A stretch of DNA of 64,000 nt from Solirubrobacterales bacterium (GTDB taxonomy: Bacteria > Actinomycetota > Thermoleophilia > Solirubrobacterales > 70-9), in NCBI GenBank assembly GCA_020438395.1, contig JAGQUR010000012.1, forward strand, positions 10,837 to 74,836, read 5' to 3'. A program made the position numbers and the translations under genes. Below the pieces are notes generated by a model. It saw only the letters and a program-made list of their open reading frames with translations, had not been told where the DNA came from and did not search any database. Positions 1 through 8,790 of the stretch are shown piece by piece; the stretch's first letter is position 1, and each line of letters opens with the position of its first letter.

Positions 1-1
1 A

Positions 2-157
2 CTTCGGGAGACCGCCGAGCGGATCCGCGAAGAGAACATCGATGGCGTCGCGATGGATGAACTCTCGATGGGAATGACCGGTGATCTCGAAGTCGCGATC
101 GAGGAGGGCTCGACCATCGTGCGGGTCGGCAGCGCGATCTTCGGCGCCCGGGACTGA
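2..157 (+). CDS. YggS-family PLP-binding protein, C-terminal end (5' part outside window)
   Basis: Frame 2 reads ...[32 protein letters not shown], the conserved YggS/PROSC C-terminus. Stop TGA at 155-157. Confidence 0.7.
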   Translation, partial: LRETAERIREENIDGVAMDELSMGMTGDLEVAIEEGSTIVRVGSAIFGARD

Positions 158-160
158 AAG

Positions 161-190
161 CGAAGGGCCCCGGTTCCCCGGGGCCCTTCG
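161..190. terminator. Perfect 13-bp stem / 4-nt loop hairpin between convergent genes
   Basis: CGAAGGGCCCCGG-TTCC-CCGGGGCCCTTCG lies directly after the YggS stop and after the stop of the minus-strand small ORF. Confidence 0.6.
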
Positions 191-215
191 GTCAAACTGG
201 CTGTGCCCGGGAAAC

Positions 216-362
216 TCAGGCCCTTGAGCCACTACCCCTTCCTGTGACCGCCGGCCAGATAAGAAGGACCAGGCCGATCACTACGCAGATGATGCCCAAC
301 GCCCAACTCACCAGCAGGGCGAGGACGATTCCAATGACTATGAGCAACAGTGCTAGTGGCAT
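216..362 (-). CDS. Small hydrophobic membrane protein (48 aa)
   Basis: Hand translation gives MPLALLLLIVIGIVLALLVSWALGIICVVIGLVLLIWPAVTGRGSGSRA*. It is below the ORF-track size cutoff and has two TM-like stretches. Confidence 0.35.
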   Translation of the reverse strand: MPLALLLIVIGIVLALLVSWALGIICVVIGLVLLIWPAVTGRGSGSRA

Positions 363-474
363 GCACCGAAATTACCCGCAATACCGGGCGTGAAACCCGG
401 CCTCATGAATCCCGCCTGTGGAAGGCTCGGAGCCGCGGCTCGAAACGGGTTCAGAGCCGCAGCCCGAAGAAGCT

Positions 475-993
475 CTAGAGGTCCAGTTCGTAGAGCAGAT
501 GTGGAAGGCCGACGTGCTCGATCTCTGCGACGAACTGCATGCCAGCCTTTTCCATGATGCGGCGGGAGGCGAGATTGGCCGGAAGGGTCAGGGACACCAC
601 CCTTTCGAGGCCCGCTTCCCGGGCGGCTTCGATAGCCGCGAGCGCCATCTCGGTCGCGTAGCCGTGGTTCTGGAGAGCCGGTCTCACGGCCCAGGGAAGC
701 TCAACTTCCCGCTCACCCGCGACAGTGGCCCAGGCCAGCCCGCCCCGGCCGACGAAGGCACCGCCTTCCCTCTCCCGGACAGCCCACGGGCCGTAGCCGT
801 ACCGGTCCCAGTGGGCGCGATCGCGGCGGGCCATGCGATCGAAATCGGCCCTGATGAAGCGCGGCATCGGATCTGGCCGCAGCCATCGCTCAACCTCGGG
901 GTCGGCGAACAGGACTTCATAGTCGGTGGCCGTCGAAGCCCCCGGCCGGATGCAGAGCAGGTTTTCGGTGACCGCTTCGCCCGTGCCGACCAA
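475..993 (-). CDS. GNAT family N-acetyltransferase (RimJ/RimL-like)
   Basis: Motifs ...WAVRPALQNHGYATEMALAAIEAAREAGLERVVSLTLPANLASRRIMEKAGMQFV... are present. The start is set at TTG 993, just after the upstream gene's stop at 1002. The ORF maximum extends to 1110. Confidence 0.7.
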   Translation of the reverse strand: MVGTGEAVTENLLCIRPGASTATDYEVLFADPEVERWLRPDPMPRFIRADFDRMARRDRAHWDRYGYGPWAVREREGGAFVGRGGLAWATVAGEREVELPWAVRPALQNHGYATEMALAAIEAAREAGLERVVSLTLPANLASRRIMEKAGMQFVAEIEHVGLPHLLYELDL

Positions 994-1001
994 GAGGAGC
1001 C

Positions 1002-1460
1002 TCAGCCGGCCCCGGCCAGCAGTTCCGCGGACTGCTTCCGGACCTTGCCCTGGACGATCGGGCTCCAGCCGAGCAGAACCCCGGGCACCCCGAGCGCCAT
1101 CCGGGTCCACTTCCAGAAGTCGAAGCTGTCGCGGTGGTCGATGATCAGGCCGTCCTCGAAACGGAAGGCGGCGTCGATCTCGTTGTGGACCACCCGGCCG
1201 GTCTGGCTGAAGGTGTAGACGGCCGACCAGTGAGCGGAGCCGGAATCGCCGCTCGCCTGATGCTCGCCGAGGGTGATTTCCAGGTCATCCGAGCGGCCCA
1301 GGAGCAGGCGCCACATCTTCATCACCTCGGGACCGTCCAGATCCTGAAAGACCGGGTCGTGAAAGTGGATCCGCTCGTGGTAGCACCCCGCCATCGTGTC
1401 GGCGTCACCTGCTGCGAATGCACCGTAGAAACGTGCGATCACCTCGTCGTTAGCGCTCAT
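1002..1460 (-). CDS. NTF2-like / SnoaL-like domain protein
   Basis: The N-terminus NDEVIARFYGAFAAGDADTMAGCYHERIHFHDPVF is typical of SnoaL/ketosteroid-isomerase-like folds. Confidence 0.65.
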   Translation of the reverse strand: MSANDEVIARFYGAFAAGDADTMAGCYHERIHFHDPVFQDLDGPEVMKMWRLLLGRSDDLEITLGEHQASGDSGSAHWSAVYTFSQTGRVVHNEIDAAFRFEDGLIIDHRDSFDFWKWTRMALGVPGVLLGWSPIVQGKVRKQSAELLAGAG

Positions 1461-1469
1461 GGGGCGATC

Positions 1470-2531
1470 CTACTTCGACGACTCGATCTGCTGGGCGGCA
1501 TCCCTCACCTCGCCGATCAGCTCTTCCAGCACGTCCTCGAGGGCGACGACCCCGACCGTCTTGCCCCTCCCCCGGGATCCCCGGACGACGACCCGGGCGA
1601 GATGGGCCCCGGAACTCTGCATGGCTTCCAGGACTTCGCGCAACTGGTCGGTGAGACGGACCGTTGGCAGGGGCCTTATCCAGGATTCCGCGATCGGGCG
1701 GTTGCGGTGCTTCTCCTTCACCTCCAGGGCATCCTTGAGGTGGAGGTAACCGATCATCTCACCGTCCCTGGTCACCGGGAAGCGGGAGAAGCCGGTCCGG
1801 CCAGCCGCCTCCTCGACCTCGGCCGGGGTGACGGTGATCGGGAGGGTCACGATCGTGTCGATCGGCAGCAGCACGACGCTCGCGTCCCGCTCTTCGAAGG
1901 TGAGGGCGCCGGTCAGGAGGCGGGTTTCATCGGCGTCGAGCATCCCTTCACGACGCGACTCTTCGACCAGGCCGGCCACCTCGTCGCGGGTGAAGGCACT
2001 GGTGACCTCGTCCGAAGGGGTGACTCCGATCAGTCGCAGCACCCCGTTTGCGGTGAGGTTCAGCACCCAGATGACCGGATGCAGGATCTTCACGATCGCC
2101 GCCATCGGCGGGGCGAGCATCAGGACCGAGCGGTCAGGTCCGGCCAGGGCGATGTTCTTCGGCACCATCTCGCCGAGCACCACGTGGAGACCGCCGACCA
2201 GGAAGAGCGCGAAGATCAGGGCGACCGGATGAACCAGCGAATGCGGGATGCCGATGTCCGCGAAAACCCCCTCAAGGCCGTGGGCTATCGCCGGTTCGGC
2301 CAGGGCACCCAATCCGAGTGTGCAGAGGGTGATTCCGAGTTGCGCCCCGGCCATCATCAGCGATACCCGTTCCATCGCGCGAATCGCGATCCGGGCCGAC
2401 CAGCCGCCTTCGTCGGCCCGTGGTTCGATCACCGAACGACGGGCCGAGATCAGCGCGAACTCGGCCCCGACGAAGAAGGCGTTGCCGGCCAGAAGGAAGA
2501 GGGAGATGGTCAGGGCGAGCGGAGTGCTCAT
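1470..2531 (-). CDS. CNNM/DUF21 + CBS domain transporter (hemolysin family, CorC/TlyC-like)
   Basis: The N-terminal 4-TM DUF21 segment (GAEFALISARRS, GEMVPKNIAL) is followed by a CBS-pair region. Confidence 0.85.
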   Translation of the reverse strand: MSTPLALTISLFLLAGNAFFVGAEFALISARRSVIEPRADEGGWSARIAIRAMERVSLMMAGAQLGITLCTLGLGALAEPAIAHGLEGVFADIGIPHSLVHPVALIFALFLVGGLHVVLGEMVPKNIALAGPDRSVLMLAPPMAAIVKILHPVIWVLNLTANGVLRLIGVTPSDEVTSAFTRDEVAGLVEESRREGMLDADETRLLTGALTFEERDASVVLLPIDTIVTLPITVTPAEVEEAAGRTGFSRFPVTRDGEMIGYLHLKDALEVKEKHRNRPIAESWIRPLPTVRLTDQLREVLEAMQSSGAHLARVVVRGSRGRGKTVGVVALEDVLEELIGEVRDAAQQIESSK

Positions 2532-3880
2532 TTCTGCTCGTCCCCTTCCTCCGGCTCGGGCCGGGAGACGACCAGCCGCACCCGGTCAACCCGTAGCCCG
2601 TCCATCCGCAGCACGTAGAGGTCCACAAGCAGCGGTTCCCTGTCCTCGTTCGTCGCTTCGACACGGACCGAGTCGCCGCGGCCCGGAACCCGCCCGAGTT
2701 CGAAACCGATAAGGCCAGCCACCGTTTCGTAGTCCTCGTCCTCGGGCAGCATCACGCCGATCTGGTCCTCGATCTCGTCCGGACGAAGCAGCCCGGAGAC
2801 CGCCCAGATTCCCTTGGCAATCTCGCGAATCGGATCCTCGTCGCGGTCGTGTTCGTCGCGGACCTCGCCGACGATTTCCTCGATCAGGTCTTCCAGAGTG
2901 ACGATTCCGTCGAAGCTGCCGAACTCGTCGACCACGATCGCCACCTGGAGACCCACCTTTCGCAGTTCGGCGAGAAGCGGGTCGAGTTCGATCGTCGAGG
3001 GGACCAGAACGGGCTCGGCCATCACCTCGCGGATCGGCACCTCCCCCCTCTCGTCGTGAGGAACCGCGACCGCGTGCTTCACGTGGACGATGCCTTCGAC
3101 GATCTCCGAGCCCTCGCTGATCACTGGGAAGCGGGAAAAACCGCCGGCCCGGGCCGCCTCGATCACTGCCATCACCGGCTGGTCCGGCGAAAGCGTCTTG
3201 ACCTTGACCCGGGGGGTCATGACGTCGTCCGCGCGCAGTTCGCCGAATTCGAGGGACTTCTCGAGCAGCTCCGCGGTCGGCTCCTCGAGCGTGCCCTTCT
3301 CTGCCGAGCGGCGAACCAGGGAGGTCAGCTCGTCGGGCGAGCGTGCCGATGCCAGCTCCTCCTGCGGCTCGATCCCGACCCGGCGGAGAATCCAGTTGGC
3401 GATGCCGTTGGTCGCCCTGACCAGCGGGTGGATGATCCGGGTGAATCCCCGCTGGAACCCCTGGACCGCCTTGGCGGTTCCCATCGCGTTGGCGATCGCG
3501 AGGTTCTTGGGAACCAGCTCGCCGAAGATCATGGTCACCGCGTTGGCCAGGATGAAGGCCACGGTCAGCGCGACGCCGTCCACGGCACCGGGCGAGATCC
3601 CGAGCGATTCCAGAGGACCGTCGATGAGCGACGCGACCGACGGTTGTGCGAGGAAACCGATGATCAGGTTGGTGACGGTGATCCCGACCTGCGCCGCGGA
3701 AAGCTGAGTCGAGAGCGACTTGAGTCCCGCCCGGACCCCGCGGGCACGCCGGTCTCCCTCCTCCGCCTCACGGTCCACCCGCGAGCGGTCGACCGTGACG
3801 AAGGAGAACTCGGCCGCCACGAAGGCACCGCAGGCCACGACAAGGGCAACGGAAACGAGCACGAGCAGCAGCTCGATCAT
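2528..3880 (-). CDS. CNNM/DUF21 + CBS + CorC_HlyC domain transporter (hemolysin family)
   Basis: AAEFSFVTVDRS, GELVPKNLAI, CBS pairs and a C-terminal CorC_HlyC-like domain are present. There is a 4-nt overlap with the downstream paralog. Confidence 0.85.
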   Translation of the reverse strand: MIELLLVLVSVALVVACGAFVAAEFSFVTVDRSRVDREAEEGDRRARGVRAGLKSLSTQLSAAQVGITVTNLIIGFLAQPSVASLIDGPLESLGISPGAVDGVALTVAFILANAVTMIFGELVPKNLAIANAMGTAKAVQGFQRGFTRIIHPLVRATNGIANWILRRVGIEPQEELASARSPDELTSLVRRSAEKGTLEEPTAELLEKSLEFGELRADDVMTPRVKVKTLSPDQPVMAVIEAARAGGFSRFPVISEGSEIVEGIVHVKHAVAVPHDERGEVPIREVMAEPVLVPSTIELDPLLAELRKVGLQVAIVVDEFGSFDGIVTLEDLIEEIVGEVRDEHDRDEDPIREIAKGIWAVSGLLRPDEIEDQIGVMLPEDEDYETVAGLIGFELGRVPGRGDSVRVEATNEDREPLLVDLYVLRMDGLRVDRVRLVVSRPEPEEGDEQK

Positions 3881-4022
3881 CGGGGCAGCGCTCCCGTTGC
3901 GCGGCTCAACTTGCGCCGCGGGTAGCGCCTGGGACTAGAACCGGGGTCGTCGTCCATTCAGGTTTCCGCAAGACTCCATCTGGAGCAAAGACTACCCGGC
4001 ATCGGCAGACGTTCACGACCCG

Positions 4023-5549
4023 GTGGCGACAGGCTCTCCCGCTGATCTTCCCTTTACCCATGGCAGCTACCCTCCCCCGGTGGCATCTCTCCTCAGACGC
4101 CTCCCTTTTGCCCTGCTCTCGGCACTTTTCCTGATCTCGTCCGGGGCGAAGGCTGCTGCTCCGGAACCGGTCGTCGAGGGACATCGGATCATCGATTCGC
4201 TGACCTCTGCACGCTTCGTCCCCCATGGCGTCAACTTCCCGGGCTACGAATACTCCTGCCAGCAGGGCTGGAGCTACGGTGAGGACGGGACCGAACCGGA
4301 GGACATCGACTCGACCGTCGCAGCGATCGCCTCCTGGAAAATCAACACGGTCCGGCTCCCGCTGAACCAGGACTGCTGGCTCGGCGACGACGGCCTCCCG
4401 ACCGGCGGTCTCACGGTGAACGGTTACCGGCAATCGGTCGAGGATTTCGTGGACGCCCTCAACGCCGCCGGCATCGTCGCGATCGTGGATCTGCATTGGT
4501 CCGGGCCAAACGGCGTGATTGCCGACGGCCTCAGGCCGATGCCGGACAACCGGTCGGCCGCATTCTGGAGCTCGGTGGCGACCCGCTTCAGGGATTACCC
4601 GTCGGTGATCTTTGACCTCTTCAACGAGCCCCACTCGCGCTGGAACGCCGACGACACGAAGGTCTTCACCCTGGGCTGGGATTGCTGGGCGAATGGGGGC
4701 TGCTACGCACCGGTTGAACCTGACACTGCGGCCACGAGCGGCCACAAGTGGTACCGAACGACCGGGCTCGCCACCCTGACCGAGGTGGTCAGGAATGCCG
4801 GGGCCACCCAGCCGATAATCCTTTCGGGAATCGACTACGCCAACGACCTGCGGGGCTGGCTGGCCAACGCACCGGATGACGACCAGCTGATCGCCGGTTT
4901 CCACAACTACCCCGAGCAGCGCTGCCGGACCACCGCCTGCTGGAACAAGGAGATCGCGCCCCTGAACGAGAAGGTTCCCGTTCTCGCGGCCGAGTTCGGC
5001 CAGAACGGCTGCGATCGAAACGGCCACGTGAACCGCTTCATGGACTGGGCCGACGACCATGTGATCGGTTATCTGGCCTGGGCCTGGTGGTCGCTGCCGG
5101 ACCTCGGCTGTCACAACTTCGCCCTGGTCTCCGACCTCGACGGAACCCCTCTGGGGGCGGTCGGAAACGCGCTTCATGATCACCTGGCCACGCTGCCGGC
5201 TGTTCTGCCCGAGCCGCCGGTGCGGGTCTCCCCCGGCCTTACGATCAAGAAGGCGAAATGGAAGCGCCCGAACCTTCGCCTGCGGATCGGCATCAGCCGC
5301 AAGGCCTCGAAAAAGGCGCAGGTGCGGGTCCGGCTGGCGCGGGACAGGAAATCTTCCGCCGGGCCCAGGACGACCCGACGGCTGCTTCGCAGGACGATCG
5401 TGGTGAAATCCGGTGCCGGGAGCCTGAACCTCCGGATTCCTTCCGGGCTGAAGCCGGTCCGGGTCGTCGTCTATTACCCGGGGGACGATCTGCTCCTGCC
5501 GAAGACGGTAAGCCGGAAACCGGCTTCTGTGTCGAAAATCACCCGTTAG
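4023..5549 (+). CDS. Secreted glycoside hydrolase family 5 (cellulase-like) with basic C-terminal domain
   Basis: Signal-like LLRRLPFALLSALFLISSGAKAAAP is followed by VNFPGYEY, the acid/base motif FDLFNEP and the nucleophile motif LAAEFG. The last ~110 aa are Arg/Lys-rich. An alternative GTG start lies at 4080. Confidence 0.8.
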   Translation: MATGSPADLPFTHGSYPPPVASLLRRLPFALLSALFLISSGAKAAAPEPVVEGHRIIDSLTSARFVPHGVNFPGYEYSCQQGWSYGEDGTEPEDIDSTVAAIASWKINTVRLPLNQDCWLGDDGLPTGGLTVNGYRQSVEDFVDALNAAGIVAIVDLHWSGPNGVIADGLRPMPDNRSAAFWSSVATRFRDYPSVIFDLFNEPHSRWNADDTKVFTLGWDCWANGGCYAPVEPDTAATSGHKWYRTTGLATLTEVVRNAGATQPIILSGIDYANDLRGWLANAPDDDQLIAGFHNYPEQRCRTTACWNKEIAPLNEKVPVLAAEFGQNGCDRNGHVNRFMDWADDHVIGYLAWAWWSLPDLGCHNFALVSDLDGTPLGAVGNALHDHLATLPAVLPEPPVRVSPGLTIKKAKWKRPNLRLRIGISRKASKKAQVRVRLARDRKSSAGPRTTRRLLRRTIVVKSGAGSLNLRIPSGLKPVRVVVYYPGDDLLLPKTVSRKPASVSKITR

Positions 5550-5577
5550 AACCCCCTGATTCGGGGATACTGGGTAC

Positions 5578-6495
5578 ATGACGGTACGCCAGACGATCGA
5601 GATCCACGGCCAGCCAGTCACTTTCCACATGATGGGCGAGGGGCCGCCCGTGCTGCTGGTTCACGGGATCACCTCCAGTTCCCGCACCTGGAAGGCGGTC
5701 ATGCCCAGGCTGGCCGAGAAGTACACGGTTATCGCCCCGGACCTGCTCGGCCACGGCCGTTCCTCGAAGCCGCATGGCGACTATTCCCTGGGCGCCTACG
5801 CGAGCGGCATGCGAGACCTGCTGGTCGCCCTCGACGTGCCGAAAGCCACGGTTGTCGGCCACTCCCTCGGGGGAGGAATTGCAATGCAGTTCGGGTATCA
5901 GTTCCCGGACCGGGTGGCACGGCTCGTCCTTGTCGACACCGGAGGGATCGGACCGGAGGTGAACCCGGCCCTGCGGGCCGCCGCCCTGCCCGGCGCCGAA
6001 TTCGTGCTCCCCCTCCTCTTCTCGCCGACCCTGCATGACGCCGGCCTCAAGGTGCGCAACTTCTTCGCCGGAATCGGCCTGCACGGAAATGCCGACGTCG
6101 AAGGCGTCGCCGAGGGGTTCGCCTCGCTTACCGAAGCCGACGCCCGCCGGGCCTTCATCAACACAGTGCGCTCGGTGATCGATCCTTCCGGCCAGCGGGT
6201 CTCCGCCGCTGACCGCCTCTATCTGACCCGGGACATCCCTTCGCTGATCATCTGGGGCGACCGCGACCGGATCATCCCGGTTGCGCATGCCGACCTCGCC
6301 CATGAACTGATGCCCGGCAGCCGGCTCGAAATCTTCCCGGGCGCGGGGCATTTTCCCTTCAACGACGATCCCGATCGCTTCATCCGGACGCTCGAGGAAT
6401 TCATCGCCACCACCGAGGAGGCGAACCTCGACCAGGACCACATCCGGAAGATGCTCCTGCGCAAGCAGGCAGAAGACCGGGCCGCGGCGGCCTGA
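5578..6495 (+). CDS. Alpha/beta-fold hydrolase
   Basis: PVLLVHGITSSSRTW, the nucleophile elbow GHSLGG and a C-terminal GAGHFPFNDDP are present. Confidence 0.85.
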   Translation: MTVRQTIEIHGQPVTFHMMGEGPPVLLVHGITSSSRTWKAVMPRLAEKYTVIAPDLLGHGRSSKPHGDYSLGAYASGMRDLLVALDVPKATVVGHSLGGGIAMQFGYQFPDRVARLVLVDTGGIGPEVNPALRAAALPGAEFVLPLLFSPTLHDAGLKVRNFFAGIGLHGNADVEGVAEGFASLTEADARRAFINTVRSVIDPSGQRVSAADRLYLTRDIPSLIIWGDRDRIIPVAHADLAHELMPGSRLEIFPGAGHFPFNDDPDRFIRTLEEFIATTEEANLDQDHIRKMLLRKQAEDRAAAA

Positions 6496-6534
6496 CCGGA
6501 TGACCGACCCGAGCGGTTGCGGCATACTCGGGGC

Positions 6535-7032
6535 ATGAGCGAAGAGCTGCCGGTCGAGGAGGTACTCACCGCGCTGGAGGAGTACCAGCAGAGGACGATC
6601 GACCTCTACCGGGAGAACGAGGGTGATCCCGAAGCATGTGTCAAGGGACTGGTGCTGTTGCACCTGGGCTGGACCGAGGAAGATCCGGAACGGGCGAAGA
6701 TGGTCAGCCGCTACCGCGGTCCGGTCATGGCCGGACCCGGCAAAGACCGGCTCACTGAGTCCAACGCCGGATACTTCAGGCAGTCGAAACGATGGCTCGA
6801 GGAAAGCGCCGAGTCGGGGGCGATGCCTTCGATCTCCTTCAACATTCTGCACGCCCTCGTATTCGCTCCGACCCAGGAACTGTGCAAGCACTGGCTGGGC
6901 GGCCGTCTGAAGAGGCGCCCGACCGAGTATGCGACGGCGATGGGTGACGCCGCCTGGGCCGGGATTCTCGCCGCGGGCGCGGCGCTTGAACACGAGTCGT
7001 CGGCCCCCGCCGGCCCGGGAAGGATCAAATGA
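6535..7032 (+). CDS. Hypothetical protein (helical, resembles a TetR C-terminal ligand domain but has no HTH)
   Basis: ATG at 6535 gives MSEELPVEEV... The stop overlaps the next gene's start as ATGA. No recognisable catalytic motif. Confidence 0.5.
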   Translation: MSEELPVEEVLTALEEYQQRTIDLYRENEGDPEACVKGLVLLHLGWTEEDPERAKMVSRYRGPVMAGPGKDRLTESNAGYFRQSKRWLEESAESGAMPSISFNILHALVFAPTQELCKHWLGGRLKRRPTEYATAMGDAAWAGILAAGAALEHESSAPAGPGRIK

Positions 7033-7847
7033 CGGTAGACGCCTGGATGCAGCACCCAACGCCCGGTTTCCTCTCCCACCCTGCCCTCGAGACCCTGATG
7101 CGGTGGACCGGCCAGGAACCGCCCACCGACGAAATCCCGATCGAGGCAACCGTGGCGTCGATGGACGAGGTCGGCGTGTCGGCCGGCATGCTCAGTGCAT
7201 GGCATGCGCCGTCCGGTCCGATGATCGGCAACGACCAGGTGGCGGAATGGTGTGCCGCCCACCCCGACCGGCTCTTCGGACTTGCCTCGCTTGATCTCGC
7301 CCGCCCGATGGAAGCCGTGCGTGAGCTCCGCCGTCGGGTCGAGGACGAAGGCTTCAAGGGCCTTCGCCAGCTCCCCTGGCTCTGGGAAACCCCGCCGACC
7401 GACCGCCGGTTCTATCCGCTCTTCGCGGCCTGCGTCGAGCTTGGCGTCCCCTTCTGCACCCAGGTCGGGCATACCGGCCCGCTGATGCCCTCGGAAGTGG
7501 GCCGGCCGATCCCCTACATCGACCAGGTCGCGATCGACTTCCCCGAACTGGTGATCGTCGGCGGTCACATCGGCTACCCCTGGACCGAGGAAATGGTCGC
7601 AGTCTGCCGTAAGCATCAGAACGTCTACATCGACACCTCGGCCTACACCCCGAAGCGCTACCCGCCCGAACTGGTCAATTACATGAAGTCGAAGTCAGGA
7701 CGAAAGAGGGTCCTCTGGGGAACGAACTTCCCGATGATCAGTCCGGCGGCCGCCCTCGAAGGAATCGACGAATTCGGCCTCGACGAGGAAGCAAAGGAAC
7801 TATTCCTCGGAGGCAATGCGCGGCGGGTCTTCAACCTGCCCGGCTGA
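7029..7847 (+). CDS. Amidohydrolase-2 family metal-dependent hydrolase (ACMSD-like)
   Basis: VDAWMQHP..., ...TQVGHTGP..., VIVGGHIGYPW, NVYIDTSAY and LWGTNFP are typical of the amidohydrolase_2 TIM barrel. Confidence 0.8.
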   Translation: MTVDAWMQHPTPGFLSHPALETLMRWTGQEPPTDEIPIEATVASMDEVGVSAGMLSAWHAPSGPMIGNDQVAEWCAAHPDRLFGLASLDLARPMEAVRELRRRVEDEGFKGLRQLPWLWETPPTDRRFYPLFAACVELGVPFCTQVGHTGPLMPSEVGRPIPYIDQVAIDFPELVIVGGHIGYPWTEEMVAVCRKHQNVYIDTSAYTPKRYPPELVNYMKSKSGRKRVLWGTNFPMISPAAALEGIDEFGLDEEAKELFLGGNARRVFNLPG

Positions 7848-7893
7848 GCCCGGCCCGAACCGGGCGAGGAATCTGCCCCCGGCTACAGGACTT

Positions 7894-8697
7894 TCAGGTT
7901 TCAACCGGGGTCAGTTCGGGCCTCTTGGCCTCCCGGCCGTCCCCCGAGGACTTGCCGGCAATCCGGCGGTAAATCCAGGGGGCGAGGAAGGCGCCGGCCC
8001 AGCGGGCCTCGGCCATCACCCGGGCCGGCAGGCCCTGGATCCGGTCAGGGGTGATCTCCCCCAGCCATGACTGCCCCTCCGGCAGCGGTTCGATCAGGCT
8101 GAACATGCCGTCGGCCATCACCTGATGTCCGACGGAGTTCAGGTGGAGTCGGTCGTCGCACCAATGCTCGGGGTCGGTCACCTCGGCCGACTCGGCGACG
8201 TCGAGCACCAGGGTCCCGTGGCGCTCGGCGATGCGCCGGAGCCCGCGGTTGAACTCGGCCATGGTGTCGGACAGGAGCTTGCCGAGGGGCATCATCAGCG
8301 CGGGATCCGGATAGGTGATGGTCAGGACGGTGGCTCCAGTTGAGGTCAGCCGGTCCTGCATCGTGTCCATCCGGGCGAGGATGAGGTCGATGTCGCAGCC
8401 CGGCCGGATCACGTCGTTGAGGCCGCCGACCAGGCTGACCAGATCCGGCTCCATCGCCAGGGCCGGTTCCATCTGGTCCTCGTCGATCTGGGCCAGCAGC
8501 TTCCCGCGAACGGCCAGGTTCGCGTAGAGCAGCTCGCCTCCGCCGTACGTTCGCTGGGTCTGGGCCAGGCGTTCCGCGAACCGGTCGGCCCAGCCCCGCT
8601 CGATGCCACCGGCCCCGGTCGGGTCACCGACCCCCTCGGTCTGGCTGTCGCCGATCGCAACGAAACGTTCGAAGGTCTTCTCCGGGATATCTGTCAC
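7894..8697 (-). CDS. SGNH/GDSL hydrolase family protein
   Basis: Block I FVAIGDSQTEGVGD, block III GGLND and a C-terminal DRLHLN (DxxH) are present. Confidence 0.85.
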   Translation of the reverse strand: MTDIPEKTFERFVAIGDSQTEGVGDPTGAGGIERGWADRFAERLAQTQRTYGGGELLYANLAVRGKLLAQIDEDQMEPALAMEPDLVSLVGGLNDVIRPGCDIDLILARMDTMQDRLTSTGATVLTITYPDPALMMPLGKLLSDTMAEFNRGLRRIAERHGTLVLDVAESAEVTDPEHWCDDRLHLNSVGHQVMADGMFSLIEPLPEGQSWLGEITPDRIQGLPARVMAEARWAGAFLAPWIYRRIAGKSSGDGREAKRPELTPVET

Positions 8698-8790
8698 GCC
8701 GGAAACCCTATCCCCCCTCGCCCGTCGGCCGGGAACGAAGCTGGGTTCGATTTACCCCCGCATATCAGGGGCAAATTGAGCCCAGGCTGG

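Noticed and set aside
3906-5630. 574-aa minus-strand ORF opposite the GH5 gene. Similar long shadow ORFs include 1134-2618(+), 5539-7149(-), 9691-10509(+), 17123-18511(+), 40272-41354(+), 42091-43179(+), 56125-58356(-) and 62155-63153(+).
   Set aside because: They are Arg/Gly/Pro/Asp-rich and low-complexity, with no recognisable motifs. Each lies antisense to an ORF with clear family signatures. This is typical high-GC shadow-frame behaviour.
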